From the NCBI GenBank assembly GCA_918797485.1, contig CAKKNE010000005.1, positions 1,302,001-1,366,000 of the forward strand: a stretch of DNA of 64,000 nucleotides, given 5' to 3'. The notes under the pieces are model-generated. The model did not search any database, had not been told where the DNA came from, and saw nothing but the letters and a program-made list of their open reading frames with translations. Within the stretch, counting starts at the first letter, position 1. Every line of letters starts with the position of its first letter. Source of the DNA: Pelagomonas calceolata. Its lineage: Eukaryota. Of the stretch, positions 9,276 to 19,826 are shown in pieces. A program made the position numbers and the translations under genes.

Positions 9276-10481
9276 ATGATCCTCACGCAGTGCGCCGTCT
9301 GCGCCACCGAGCTCGGGCTAACCTTGGGGAAGAAATGCGGCCGCTGCAGCACGCGCTACTGCGGCGCCGAGTGCCAGGTGCAGCACTGGAAAGAGGGCGG
9401 CCACGACCAGCTCTGCAAGAAATTAAAAAAAGCAGGCGGCGCCGAGCAGTACAACGCAAATACGAAATACACGGAGGCCGTCGCGGTCGCGGCAGAGAAG
9501 TGCGCGGAAGACACAAAGGGCCAGACGTGCTACATCTGCACGCAGGCGCTCCACTGGAAAACAAAGGAGGGCCTCGTGCGCGGGTGTTCGTGCCGCGGGA
9601 CGGCAGGCTTCGCGCACGTGTCATGTCTTGCGGAGCAGGCGAAGATTTTGCTCGCGGAGGCCGAGGAGAACAATTTGGGAGAGAAAGTGCTCTATGAGCG
9701 GTGGCGGCGGTGGCACAGGTGCAGCCTGTGCAAACAAGACTACCACGGCGTCGTGCGGTGCGCGATCGGATGGGCGTGCTGGAAGACGTACGTGGGGCGG
9801 CCTGAGGTGGACTCGTTTATGGCTCGGATGAGTGCGATGAGATGCCTCGGGATGGGTTTATCGGCCGGTGGGCACCACGCAGACGCGGTGTCCGTACAAG
9901 AGGCTGAGTTTTCTTCGCTGCAGCGCCTTGGTGTACCGGAAGACGACATACTCGTGTCGCAGGGCAATCTTGCGATCGCGTATGAGAGGAATGGTCGGCC
10001 TGAAGATTGCCTACGCACCTGGCAGGACATATACTCCAGACGTTTGGAGCTCTTTGGCGAGGAAAATGAATTGACCCTCCAAACAGCCAACAACTATGCG
10101 TGGGGTCTTTGTGGCCTAGAGCGCTTCGAAGAAGCCAAGGCACTGTTGCGCAAACCGATGCGCGTGGCACGCCGTGTTCTCGGAGAGAATCATGAAGTCA
10201 CGCTGACGTTGAAGAAGGTTTACGCGGGGTCGCTTTGCAACGACCCCGACGCCACGCTCGAGGATCTCCGCGAGGCCGTGACGACGCTCGAGGACACCAC
10301 ACGGATTTCGCGGCGCGTTTTTGGCGCCTCACACCCGAGCACAACGGGACACGAGGAATCCCTGCAAGAGGCGCAGGCACTACTGCGCGTCCGCGAAGCC
10401 AAGCTCGAAGGCGACGTGAATGCACGTGTGAATGCCCTCCGCGACGCGGTCGCCGTGATGAAGGCAAGAAGAGATGCGTAA
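9276..10481 (+). CDS. MYND zinc finger + RING-CH-like + TPR-like protein
   Basis: CAVC...CGRCSTRYCGAECQVQHWK (MYND), CYIC...GCSCRGTAGFAHVSCL (RING-v), and kinesin-light-chain-like TPRs (RVLGENHEVTL). Confidence 0.85.
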   Translation: MILTQCAVCATELGLTLGKKCGRCSTRYCGAECQVQHWKEGGHDQLCKKLKKAGGAEQYNANTKYTEAVAVAAEKCAEDTKGQTCYICTQALHWKTKEGLVRGCSCRGTAGFAHVSCLAEQAKILLAEAEENNLGEKVLYERWRRWHRCSLCKQDYHGVVRCAIGWACWKTYVGRPEVDSFMARMSAMRCLGMGLSAGGHHADAVSVQEAEFSSLQRLGVPEDDILVSQGNLAIAYERNGRPEDCLRTWQDIYSRRLELFGEENELTLQTANNYAWGLCGLERFEEAKALLRKPMRVARRVLGENHEVTLTLKKVYAGSLCNDPDATLEDLREAVTTLEDTTRISRRVFGASHPSTTGHEESLQEAQALLRVREAKLEGDVNARVNALRDAVAVMKARRDA

Positions 10482-10496
10482 GCTTACCAATACAAT

Positions 10497-12761
10497 TTAC
10501 TTCCTCCCGCGAAACAGCTTGTGCCGCTTCGGCTTTTGCTTCGGCGCGTCGGTAGACCCGTACTCGAGGTAGCGCACGCCGTCGCCCCCCGCCATCGACG
10601 CGAGCGAGACTTGCGTCCGCCGCGGCGCGATGTCGTCCTTGGCAGCTTTCGCCAACGCCTTCTCCTCTTCCGCTTCTTCCTTCAGAGCGTCGGCGTTCAG
10701 GACCTGATTCAATAAATCAATTTCATCTTGTTCTGACGCGAGGGCCGACAGCGTCGGCTGCGGCAGGTCCGTCACGACCTTGAACGTGTAGCCCTGGTCC
10801 ACCAAGTATTGTTGGCGTTTCGTGGAGTAGAACATCTCCGTCGTGTCCGTACTTACGAGAGTGTAGAAGAAGGCGTTAAATCCACCACCTTCGGCCGACG
10901 CCTTCGGCCGCAAGATACGGCCTAGCCGCTGGGCCTCCTGGCGTCTAGAACCGAAGTGCGACGACACTTGCACAATCACATTCGCTTCTGGTAAGTCGAT
11001 AGCGACGTCCCCGACTTTCGACAGGCATACCGTATTGACCAAGGGGTTAAATCTGAAAGAACCAAGGACAGCCTGCCTCTCGGACTCTTTCGTGGCACCG
11101 TAGATGGCCGGTCGCTCCAGCGCTCGCGCATAAGCTAATAAAGCAAAGACGTCGTCCGAAAAAACAATGACCTTGTCGCCCCGTTTCTCGTGGAAATGGA
11201 CAAGGTACTCGCAGGCTCTGAACTTCGTCGGGTTCAGCACGTACAGCAACCGCCGCGTCCGCCCCGCGCCACTTACAACAATACCGCTCTCCTTGTTCCC
11301 TAGGCCCGCCCCGCCATGTCTCAGATACTCGCGATAAAACGCAGCAGTCATGGGACACCAGACTTCGACGCACTGGACGTTCGCGAGGTGCCCCGCATGC
11401 GTCAGGTCCATCCAGTTCGCCTCGTAGAGCTTGGGGCCAATTAAAAAATTCAGGTCCGTGATGAGGTCGTCTTCTCGGACGAGCGTCGCCGTTAGTCCTA
11501 GTTTGCAGTGGGCGTTGCAGGACGATAACACTTTGCGGAACATCTGGGCGGGTACTACATGCACTTCATCTAGTAACATGAGGCCCCACTCGCGCTCGCG
11601 CACCTGCTTGATCAACTCCTCACCCCGCACCGATCGCTTCCCGGAGAACGTGACCATGTGGTAGGTCGTTATTAAAACGCCGCACTCCGGGTGCAGGTCC
11701 TCTTTGACTTCTGCCGTGAAGAGCGAGACCCTAGATGCCGGTAGGGTGGTCCAAAGAGCAAATTGGGCCTTCCATTGTGATACTGCCGTGGCGTTCGTAC
11801 ATAGTACTAAGACGGATCGTTTCACCGTAGAAGCTGCCACGATCGCTGTTAACGTTTTACCAGCCCCACAAGGCAGGACGATGATCCCTGAACGAGCGCG
11901 ACCGTTGCCGAACATTTTTGACAGAGACTTCTCTTGGTAATTTCGGATTTTTGTGGAAGGCCGTAGATCAATGGGCAATGTAGCCGTAGAAGGATCTCTC
12001 CGGAAATCATACTCCTCGGCCAGGGGAAAGTCCAAGTCTTGGGACGCGTACTTCTTCACGTCTTGCGCGGTCCCCTGCTTCAACCGGAACGAATACGTCC
12101 GCAGCGCATTGATATTCTCGGAAACTTTTTCTTCTTCCTCGGAACTATCCCCGTCGATGTCAATGTCGAGATAAGCTCGATTCGCCTGGATCTCCTGCTG
12201 GGCCGTGCCGACCTCGAATCTATCGCCGTCCTCCGGGAGCTCATCCCTACAATTCCGGATGGGTCTATGTGCTAACAGTTCTCGCAACGCCGCCGCGTCG
12301 CCGCTTTCCACGTGGTGGCGGTTGTCCCTCAGCACTAATTTGGCCCGGCCGAAATTTTTCGTGCACTGCAGGATGTACTTTTTTACGTCTTCTGGTAGCT
12401 TCACCTTCGAGAGCTTATCGAGTACGTCACAGATGCTCGCTGGGGTTATTCCTACAGCTACCGCGGCGTACAGGCTATGTGGAGTGAGCTTGTACTGGTG
12501 GACGTGCTCCGGTCGCGCCACCGGTTCTGCGACAGCAACCAAGAAGTCGTAGGCGGCCGCGTATAGTGACGACGAGGCTTCTAAGAAGACGGCGCCGTCG
12601 GGACAGACCCACAACGGTCGTTGCGCGTGGTCCGCCTTGAGGGGTAAGGACGAGAAGTCCCGTATACCAACCTCCTCCTCGTCGTCCTCGTTCCTCTTTT
12701 GTAATTCGCGGAAGCGCTGCTTGGCGCGGCTCGCGACGTCGCCCTTCTTGGACTCCGCCAT
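10497..12761 (-). CDS. XPB: TFIIH helicase/translocase subunit XPB
   Basis: RPLWVCPDG, RSGIIVLPCGAGKT, LLDEVHVVPA, LGLTATLVRED, SHFGSRRQEAQRLGRILR. Start inferred at MAESKK. Confidence 0.97.
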   Translation of the reverse strand: MAESKKGDVASRAKQRFRELQKRNEDDEEEVGIRDFSSLPLKADHAQRPLWVCPDGAVFLEASSSLYAAAYDFLVAVAEPVARPEHVHQYKLTPHSLYAAVAVGITPASICDVLDKLSKVKLPEDVKKYILQCTKNFGRAKLVLRDNRHHVESGDAAALRELLAHRPIRNCRDELPEDGDRFEVGTAQQEIQANRAYLDIDIDGDSSEEEEKVSENINALRTYSFRLKQGTAQDVKKYASQDLDFPLAEEYDFRRDPSTATLPIDLRPSTKIRNYQEKSLSKMFGNGRARSGIIVLPCGAGKTLTAIVAASTVKRSVLVLCTNATAVSQWKAQFALWTTLPASRVSLFTAEVKEDLHPECGVLITTYHMVTFSGKRSVRGEELIKQVREREWGLMLLDEVHVVPAQMFRKVLSSCNAHCKLGLTATLVREDDLITDLNFLIGPKLYEANWMDLTHAGHLANVQCVEVWCPMTAAFYREYLRHGGAGLGNKESGIVVSGAGRTRRLLYVLNPTKFRACEYLVHFHEKRGDKVIVFSDDVFALLAYARALERPAIYGATKESERQAVLGSFRFNPLVNTVCLSKVGDVAIDLPEANVIVQVSSHFGSRRQEAQRLGRILRPKASAEGGGFNAFFYTLVSTDTTEMFYSTKRQQYLVDQGYTFKVVTDLPQPTLSALASEQDEIDLLNQVLNADALKEEAEEEKALAKAAKDDIAPRRTQVSLASMAGGDGVRYLEYGSTDAPKQKPKRHKLFRGRK

Positions 12762-12971
12762 GGGGCTGGCGGGCGCGCGGCGGCGGCGTGCGGCGACTGC
12801 TGGCCAGTGAGTGCTGCTTGGCAGTGAGTGGTGGTTACGTTGCGGGGCACAGCGGAGGCCGCAGCGATGACAGTGGTTGCAGCGCGGCAGCGCGGCTAGC
12901 AAGTGCCACACGCTGCGAATTAAGCACGCAACCGCTCGACGCGCGCCGCTTGCGCCGCTCCCTGGAGCTTT

Positions 12972-12993
12972 CTAGTGTCTTACAGCCGCTAGC
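12972..12993 (+). promoter_or_regulatory. Bipartite upstream motif copy
   Basis: CTAGTGTCTTACagcCGCTAGC upstream of XPB. Confidence 0.6.
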
Positions 12994-13196
12994 TGCGGCA
13001 GTGGAGGACGGCGGGTTTACGTTGAGCTAGTGTCTCGGGTGGTTTCGATGTTACGATGCTACACGATGCGATGTTCAAAAAAAGGAGTATGTGTCTTCCG
13101 ATGTCGATCGGCCGGGGCGCCATGCGAGTCCGCGTTTGCACGCGACCCGACGGAGCGCGGTCAGGGAGAGATAAGCGAGAGAGGAGGGGAATTTCA

Positions 13197-14507
13197 TCAC
13201 GGCATGAGCTCCACGGCCATGTCGATGGGCACGAGGCGCGCGCCGAGGTCGTTGACGTTGTGGGCGCCGGGCGCGCGCGGGAGGCCGCCCCCGGCCTCGG
13301 ACCGCACCACCAATAATCGACAGAAGCCGACCCACGCTTCGTAGGACAGGCGCTTGTCCCAGGTCGCGCCCATGGCGTAGAGCTTGCGCAACGCGCTCGC
13401 CGCGAGCCGCTTCGCTTTGCGGAACCGCTGGTTGCGGAAGTGCAGCTGCGCGGCCAACGCGTCGACCTCGCCGATGTGGGGGTTCAGGGCCGCGGCCTCG
13501 GTAAGCATGGCGCCTGCTTGTGCGTCGCTCAGCTCGGTGCGGTTCTGCACGACGGCCCAGTACAGGTCCCTCGCGCGTTCCTCGTCCCGAGACGTCAGCG
13601 TCGCCGTGCACGAATCAAAAATGGGCGGCACGACTTCCAAGAAATCCTTCACGGCGCGACACGCCGCGGCCATCCAGAACAGGCAGACCTCGGGCCGCCC
13701 GGCGCCCGGGAAGAGTGGCGTGTCCAGCGGGTCGACCATGTGGTGGTCGCGCCAGCCGTTCACCTCCAGCGTCTGGTCCAGATAGTCCGCGAGCGTGATT
13801 ACGATGAGTTCGGCGACGACCGTCGCGTCTAGCTCGACGTCGGGGCCGAGGCGCGACCGCGCCAGGACGGGACCCGCCAAATCCTCGGCATCGATCGTCC
13901 GGTTGGCCATCATCCTACCTAGCCCGACGAACTCGTGTCTCGCCACCGTGCCAAACAGATGCACGAGCGGCTCCGCTTCCTCGCCGATCAGCGCCGCGAG
14001 CCTCGAACGCTCGGACGACAAGGCGGCGTCGAAGGCAAAAAACGAAAACAAATCACCGGAGTAGGCCGTGTGGACTAATCCAGTGCGGCACACTCGAGGA
14101 GGCTGGTCCCAGGCTTGTAATATAGCGTAGGTCGACTCGAGGTGGTTCGCGAAGGTATCTCTGGCATGCGGAAACTCGACGAAGGCCGGCTTGCTGCGTA
14201 TCCGTCGGATCGCCTCCGTTGCTCCAGGATCGCGGCGCTCCCAGTCCCTATATAAAACCGTCCGGATGCGCTCGGGCATGGCGGGCCGGTCCGCATCAAA
14301 AAGTTCCTTGGCGAGCGGCTTCGGCGCGGGCACGAACTCGACGGCGACGGCTCCGGCCGCCGGCAGTTCATTGTTCGAAACGACGCCGCGGCCGGAAGTC
14401 CACGACGCCGTCACCCAGGCGTGGAGCCGCTCCGCCTCGAGCGGACCGCCGCGGCAGCCCGCCAGGACGCAGGCGGCGACGGCAGCCCCGGCCGTCCAAC
14501 GTCCCAT
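13197..14507 (-). CDS. Conserved algal/plant-type protein with HD-like (DUF6817-like) domain and TPR-like C-terminus
   Basis: H..DTFANHL..TY.IL.AW...GLVHTAYS, LIGEEAE.LVHLF, NPHIGE, GATWDKRLSYEAW. Hydrophobic N-terminal leader. Confidence 0.7.
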   Translation of the reverse strand: MGRWTAGAAVAACVLAGCRGGPLEAERLHAWVTASWTSGRGVVSNNELPAAGAVAVEFVPAPKPLAKELFDADRPAMPERIRTVLYRDWERRDPGATEAIRRIRSKPAFVEFPHARDTFANHLESTYAILQAWDQPPRVCRTGLVHTAYSGDLFSFFAFDAALSSERSRLAALIGEEAEPLVHLFGTVARHEFVGLGRMMANRTIDAEDLAGPVLARSRLGPDVELDATVVAELIVITLADYLDQTLEVNGWRDHHMVDPLDTPLFPGAGRPEVCLFWMAAACRAVKDFLEVVPPIFDSCTATLTSRDEERARDLYWAVVQNRTELSDAQAGAMLTEAAALNPHIGEVDALAAQLHFRNQRFRKAKRLAASALRKLYAMGATWDKRLSYEAWVGFCRLLVVRSEAGGGLPRAPGAHNVNDLGARLVPIDMAVELMP

Positions 14508-14590
14508 GGGAAGAAAGCAGCTGCCCCCGGGCAGCGATCGTTTTTTCAAACCCTTGAGGGCGCGGGGCAGCCGGAAAGCATGCTGCAGGA

Positions 14591-14640
14591 GGTTGCAGCT
14601 GTCGCTACGGTGCATGGTTGCAGCTGTCGCTACGGTGCAT
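14591..14640. repeat. Perfect 25-bp tandem duplication
   Basis: GGTTGCAGCTGTCGCTACGGTGCAT occurs twice (14591-14615, 14616-14640). Confidence 0.95.
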
Positions 14641-14836
14641 CGCCCATTACTGCGGGGAGCGCATTGCACGCGTTCCAAATATCCCTCGCCGCTCGAATTG
14701 GGAGCAGCCACATCAGTGGCAGCAGTGTACTAGGATTGTACTAGGATTGTCGACTCCACACGGGCGAACGTTGCACGTGGGAAGGGGCCGACGCGCGGTA
14801 CTTCATGGAGGCGAATGAACCTTAGGCAAAACGACC

Positions 14837-17800
14837 TCAGGCCAGCGGCCGCGCCCGCCGCAGGATGTCCGTAGTAGAGGTAATATCGCAGCCCTCGTGC
14901 CACGCCGGTCGCGCCGCCGGCGGCCGCTCGATGTACTCGCCGTCCACCTCCTCATCTCCGCCATCAATGACCTTCCACAAGAGGACAGCCGCGTCGCGGC
15001 CGCCGCACGACGCCGCCATGGTCTGCGAGGCCAGAAATCCAACGCCCAGGCAATGCGACGAGTGGCCTAAATAGGCGCGGTGCGCCGCGAACCGACACGC
15101 CACGGGCGCGTTGAAGAGCCGCACGTGACCAGAATCGTCGGCCACGATCACTAGCCCTTCATCCCTCGACCGGCAGACCGCATTCACATCAGTACCATCT
15201 GAACCATCAGCATTAATGCCCATGACCGGGAATCCGAGCGTAAGCGACCAGTCCTGCCACCTTGTATCAGATTCGACACTGTCTTGCGCTCCTCGGTACC
15301 TCTTCCCCTCAGCGACGCTCCAGTACATGATTTCATACGCTCCACAAGAGGTCTGCAACAAGTCCGAGTCGAAGGACCAGTCGATATTTTTCACGTATGA
15401 ACTGTGTCCGTGCAGCTTCTTCTTGACCCGATAATTGGCCGAGGCGTCCATCAAATATATGGCGTTGTCATGCGAACCGATGGCTAGTACGCGACCGGAC
15501 GGGGAGTATTTGGCACAGGAGATCGCTTCGTCGTCGCACCGTTTTCCCGGGGAACATCGTTTTTCGAGAGAAGGAAAGGCGAAGATCTCGACCTCGCCAT
15601 CGTTGTAGCCCACGGCCACATGTTCTTCCAAAGGCGCATGTGAATGGTGGTGGTGGTGTAGATGCTTCCGAGGTCCCCTGATAGCCACAGCGGTAGCACC
15701 CTCGCGCAGGGTCTTGACCTGCAGCGGAATCGGCTTCGTCGCGTCCCACAGGATGAGCAAACAGTCCAGCCCCACAGTAGCGAAGATGGGTTCCTTATTG
15801 TGCATGGCGATGCCCTGGACCGAGTTGTGGTGGCCGGCGACGTGGAGCTCCGACTTCGGCTTCTTGCCCCTGCCGTCGGGCAGGTCGACCACTAACACCT
15901 GGGCGAAGCCCGTACCGACAACAACATGGTTGTCGTCTTGGGGGTGTAGTAGTAGATCTACTACTCCAGTAAAACCCGAGGCGCGCTGCGATTCAAAGCC
16001 TGACAGCATCTCGTGCTGCTTGTGCTGCTTCCGGACGGGCGGCTTCCTCACCAACCCGTTGCTGCCGATGTTCGCCGCTGTCGATGACGTGGGGAAGGCG
16101 TTCTCCACATCCCTCATGGCGCCCGACCTCTTGCCGACGTCGTGCGGGCTTACCGGTCGGAACTCGTTGCACATTTCATACCTTCCCTTGTCTAAGCGCC
16201 ACCGCTTCACGAGGCCGTCGCCGCCGCCCGTGAAGAGGTGGCCCCTCGCGTGCACCAGGGCTCTACAAGGCTTAGCTTCTTGGTGCGCTTGGAACGCGTG
16301 GGCGATCTTGAAGTCGCGCCACACAAACACTCGGCCGTCAGACACGCCCGTACAAACAGCATCGTCCAGAGGCACGAAGGCGACGCAATGCGTGGCAGCC
16401 GGAGCTTTGTGCGGTCGGTAGGTAGGTAATCGCTTCGAGAACTCGTACTTGCCGTCACCCCGAGGCAGGTCGATCATCCAGAACGCTAAATGCCCCTTGC
16501 CGACAGAAACGATGACGTGGTCGTTGCCGAAGCGATGGGCGCTGTCATGGGGCGCCGCATACAACCCCGTGACGGCTGGCGGCTCGACGCCGGCCTTGCA
16601 CGGCGCGACGATGACGGCGTCGTCTCCTGTTTTATGTGCTGGTGGATTGAGTTCATACACGCGTAACGTATGTCTGTCATCACCACCCACCACAGCGACA
16701 TGAGAGGCGTCGTCGAAAAAAGCGATCGCACAGGCCATCCTACTAATGGAACCGTCGCCACCAAATCTTCTGAGTTCATGGCACGTGCTCACGTCCCAGA
16801 CACAGACGTACGGCGACATGTCCGTCGAGGCACATTGCCCCGTCGCGCCGAGCGTGCCCGTTTTATCGGTGCAGACGCACGTCGCGTCGTCCGTGTGGCC
16901 CCGAAAGACCTTTTGAGTCTTCTCGCTTCCTAAATCTTGGACCACGGCACACGCCGCTGATAAGTAGACTATGCTGGGTTTGCCGCGCGGCTTGCACAGA
17001 CACAGATTCGGTCCCGGGGCGTCGGCCGTGAATCCAAAGCATCGGTCCAGCTCCAAGCCTTTTTTGGGGGGTTGCGCCGACTTCTTGACGGCTCGCGTGA
17101 GCTCGGGCTTCCGCCACCCAATGGGAGGTTGAACTAAAGTCCGCGACGTCTTGTACCTTAGTCGCAGCGCTTCCGCACAAGCCGCGGCCTCGTTGATGTC
17201 GCCCGCGTGCGGATAGGTCTTGGCGTCGGCCAGGTTCCGTTGTTTGGCCTTGCCGCGCGGGAGCGACGGCCCCGCGCCGCCGCCTTGCGTCGCCTGCCAT
17301 TTTGACTTCTTCTTGCCTTGTTTTAGCGACCGGCCCTCCTGGCCGGCGCGTTCATGCTCCCGGAATAATTTCAAAAACACCTCGGGGTCGCCGCCATTAC
17401 ACAAGTCCCACAGTCGTCTCGCGTCGCGATCGTGGAGCAGATCCTGGCCGGGCGTGCGGAAGACGGCCAGAGCGTCATACAATTGTGTTGGTGTTAATTT
17501 ATGTTGATCCGATTGGCGGTGCTGCTCCATGGCCTCTCGTAGTTTCCTTTGACCAAGTGCTCGCAACAACGCCTCGGCTCGCGCCGGCAACCTTTGTTGC
17601 GGAGGCAATCTCGCATGGGCCTCGGTAGCCAAAGCCGCGACGCGTCCAGATAGCTTCGCGAGGAAGTTGTCCAAGCGAGCATCAAAACCCTCCGGTCCCG
17701 GCGGCGCCCGCGTTCCGGGCGAATAGAGCGGACTCTTGGGCGACGACACGAGATCCCGAGAACGGCGCATCTCCGTGACCTGATCTCTCGAAGCACCGAG

Positions 17801-18175
17801 CCAGTCCTCCTCGTCCTCTGTTGAGTCTACGATGATCTGAGGTGTGGGGTCCGTCCGCGCCTCGGGTAAAGCCTCGCCGCGCGACAACGCGTTCAGCGCT
17901 CCTTGCATCTCCTTGATCGACACAGAACCGGATCCATCGTTATCAAACCGGTCCGCCAAGGCCTCGAGCTCCTTGTCGGGTACGCCGGGCAGCTGGCCCT
18001 GGAGGGCCTTCACGAGCCTCTCGTTTTTCAGTTCATCCTGGCCGTCGGCATGATTCCGCAGAAATCTTCCGATCGTAACGGCTAACGGCCCACCTCTCCC
18101 TTCGAGCTTGTGGATGAGTTGGTTCCCCAACTCGGCTAGTCGGCGCTCCTCGACCCTGCCAAAGTAGGCGGCCAT
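14837..18175 (-). CDS. EML/EMAP-like WD40 protein with N-terminal EF-hand
   Basis: DNDGSGSVSIKE EF-hand, HELP-like PPKKGLELDRCFGF, WD40 repeats with EML C-terminal signatures (GHSSYVKNIDWS, TLGFPVMGI, DGTDVNAVCRS, GHSSH). Confidence 0.88.
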   Translation of the reverse strand: MAAYFGRVEERRLAELGNQLIHKLEGRGGPLAVTIGRFLRNHADGQDELKNERLVKALQGQLPGVPDKELEALADRFDNDGSGSVSIKEMQGALNALSRGEALPEARTDPTPQIIVDSTEDEEDWLGASRDQVTEMRRSRDLVSSPKSPLYSPGTRAPPGPEGFDARLDNFLAKLSGRVAALATEAHARLPPQQRLPARAEALLRALGQRKLREAMEQHRQSDQHKLTPTQLYDALAVFRTPGQDLLHDRDARRLWDLCNGGDPEVFLKLFREHERAGQEGRSLKQGKKKSKWQATQGGGAGPSLPRGKAKQRNLADAKTYPHAGDINEAAACAEALRLRYKTSRTLVQPPIGWRKPELTRAVKKSAQPPKKGLELDRCFGFTADAPGPNLCLCKPRGKPSIVYLSAACAVVQDLGSEKTQKVFRGHTDDATCVCTDKTGTLGATGQCASTDMSPYVCVWDVSTCHELRRFGGDGSISRMACAIAFFDDASHVAVVGGDDRHTLRVYELNPPAHKTGDDAVIVAPCKAGVEPPAVTGLYAAPHDSAHRFGNDHVIVSVGKGHLAFWMIDLPRGDGKYEFSKRLPTYRPHKAPAATHCVAFVPLDDAVCTGVSDGRVFVWRDFKIAHAFQAHQEAKPCRALVHARGHLFTGGGDGLVKRWRLDKGRYEMCNEFRPVSPHDVGKRSGAMRDVENAFPTSSTAANIGSNGLVRKPPVRKQHKQHEMLSGFESQRASGFTGVVDLLLHPQDDNHVVVGTGFAQVLVVDLPDGRGKKPKSELHVAGHHNSVQGIAMHNKEPIFATVGLDCLLILWDATKPIPLQVKTLREGATAVAIRGPRKHLHHHHHSHAPLEEHVAVGYNDGEVEIFAFPSLEKRCSPGKRCDDEAISCAKYSPSGRVLAIGSHDNAIYLMDASANYRVKKKLHGHSSYVKNIDWSFDSDLLQTSCGAYEIMYWSVAEGKRYRGAQDSVESDTRWQDWSLTLGFPVMGINADGSDGTDVNAVCRSRDEGLVIVADDSGHVRLFNAPVACRFAAHRAYLGHSSHCLGVGFLASQTMAASCGGRDAAVLLWKVIDGGDEEVDGEYIERPPAARPAWHEGCDITSTTDILRRARPLA

Positions 18176-18634
18176 GGCGCTGGGCTGCCTCCGTTCGTTG
18201 CGCAGCGACTGCGCGCGGTCGGTGCTTTGGCTGCCGTGCGCGACCTTGATCGCTTTGGGCTCGGGCTCGTCGCGGTGCTGCACCGCGGCGCGCCCAAACT
18301 CTGGCAAACTGTCCAAAATGCAAACCCGATTTTTTCGCTCACGAACGCCAGCGGCCCAGAGAGATCCATGCCGATGCGTGCATACCGCTGCCTTGAGGTA
18401 TCGCACGGGACTGGAGCCAAGCCGAAGCAAAAACAAGCGAGACAGGGCCGGCAAATTCACGCTCGGGTGGTGCATCCGTTACGCAGTGCTGCAATAGCGC
18501 ATCGATTCGTGACGCTCGGAGCAGCAGTTGTCGCGCACCGACCTCTCAGGCCCGCCCGCCACCCCTGCGGCAAGCTGCAAGCAGCACCTCCAGCCAGCAA
18601 TACGCGAGCCGCACTCCGGCGCAACCAAGCATAA

Positions 18635-19816
18635 ATGACCGACTCCTGGGAGGACGCCGTGCCGGCGGCGCCGCTCGCGGCCGTCTCCCTGAAGGACGAC
18701 GCGCCCGCGCCGGCCGCCGCGAACAACGACGACGACGACTGGTTCGCGGATCAAAGGAGGAACACGGACAAGGCCGAGAAGCGCGAGCGGAAGGCCGGCG
18801 CGCCGAAGATCTTGAAGCGCGTCTCGAGCAAGGGCGAGCTGCCCACGAAACCGCAACGGAGAAGCCCGACGCAAACGGACGCCGAACGGGAGCAGGCCTA
18901 CGCGGCGGCGCGCGCGCGCATCTTCGCCGAGGAGGCCGCCGCGCCGGCGCCCGTGTCAAAAAAGAAGGGTGGCGCGGACTGGGCTTCTGCTGCTTTGTCG
19001 GCGGCCGCGAGGACGCCGTCCTCGGAAGATCTTCGCGCGGCAGCACCGGCGCCGGCGCCCGGTCCTGATCCCGATGTGGCGCGCGGCCCGTCCGGGGCCG
19101 GCTTCGATCCGAAGGCTCGGGAGCGGACGCGCGAGAACGCTCGGAGGGGTCCTCAACCGCGCCAGCAGCGACGGCCGTCTCACCGTAGGGTGACGGAGGA
19201 CGACGGCGATCCGGACTACCGACGGAACAACCAACCCACGAGTGTTGGCGACGGCTACGGGGTCTATGACGGCCGGCCCGGCTACGCGTCGACAAGGGAG
19301 GAGTACTACGCGCGGCCGCCGCCGCAGTACGGCGCGCAGCCGCCGCCGCCGCAGTACGGCGCGCAGCCCGACGCCTACGCCTACCCGCCGCCTCAACAGA
19401 TCGCGCGGGGGCCGCCGCCCCAAAATATTGCGTTTGGCGGCTACGGCTTCCAGCCGCCGCCGCAAATGCCCGAGGACTACGGCGCGCGGGCCTTCGGCGG
19501 CGGCGCGGGCTTCGCGCCGTACACGCCGGCGCCGCCACCCGTCGTACAGGAGCCGCAGTTCCGGCCGCCGCCGCCGCCGCCCCAGTTCCGCGCGGCGTCT
19601 TCATCGACAGCGGCGCCGGCGCTGGCGCCGCCCGAGGCGGGGGGCAACCCGCACGGCCTCATGACGCTCGGCGACTTCTCGGCGAGCGTCGCGGCGCCGG
19701 CGCCGGCGCCGCCCAAGAATAGTGGAAGGGGGCGCGGGCGGCGGGCGCGCGGCCGCGGCCGCGGGCGAACAAAGGGCAAGCCGCGGTCCTACGAGAACGA
19801 GTTTCCCACGTTATAA
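18635..19816 (+). CDS. SUZ-domain low-complexity protein (probable RNA-binding)
   Basis: DSWED N-terminus, PKILKR...EREQAYAAARARIF (SUZ), P/Q/Y-rich region, RG-rich tail, ends EFPTL. Confidence 0.75.
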   Translation: MTDSWEDAVPAAPLAAVSLKDDAPAPAAANNDDDDWFADQRRNTDKAEKRERKAGAPKILKRVSSKGELPTKPQRRSPTQTDAEREQAYAAARARIFAEEAAAPAPVSKKKGGADWASAALSAAARTPSSEDLRAAAPAPAPGPDPDVARGPSGAGFDPKARERTRENARRGPQPRQQRRPSHRRVTEDDGDPDYRRNNQPTSVGDGYGVYDGRPGYASTREEYYARPPPQYGAQPPPPQYGAQPDAYAYPPPQQIARGPPPQNIAFGGYGFQPPPQMPEDYGARAFGGGAGFAPYTPAPPPVVQEPQFRPPPPPPQFRAASSSTAAPALAPPEAGGNPHGLMTLGDFSASVAAPAPAPPKNSGRGRGRRARGRGRGRTKGKPRSYENEFPTL

Positions 19817-19826
19817 AAGTATCTAT

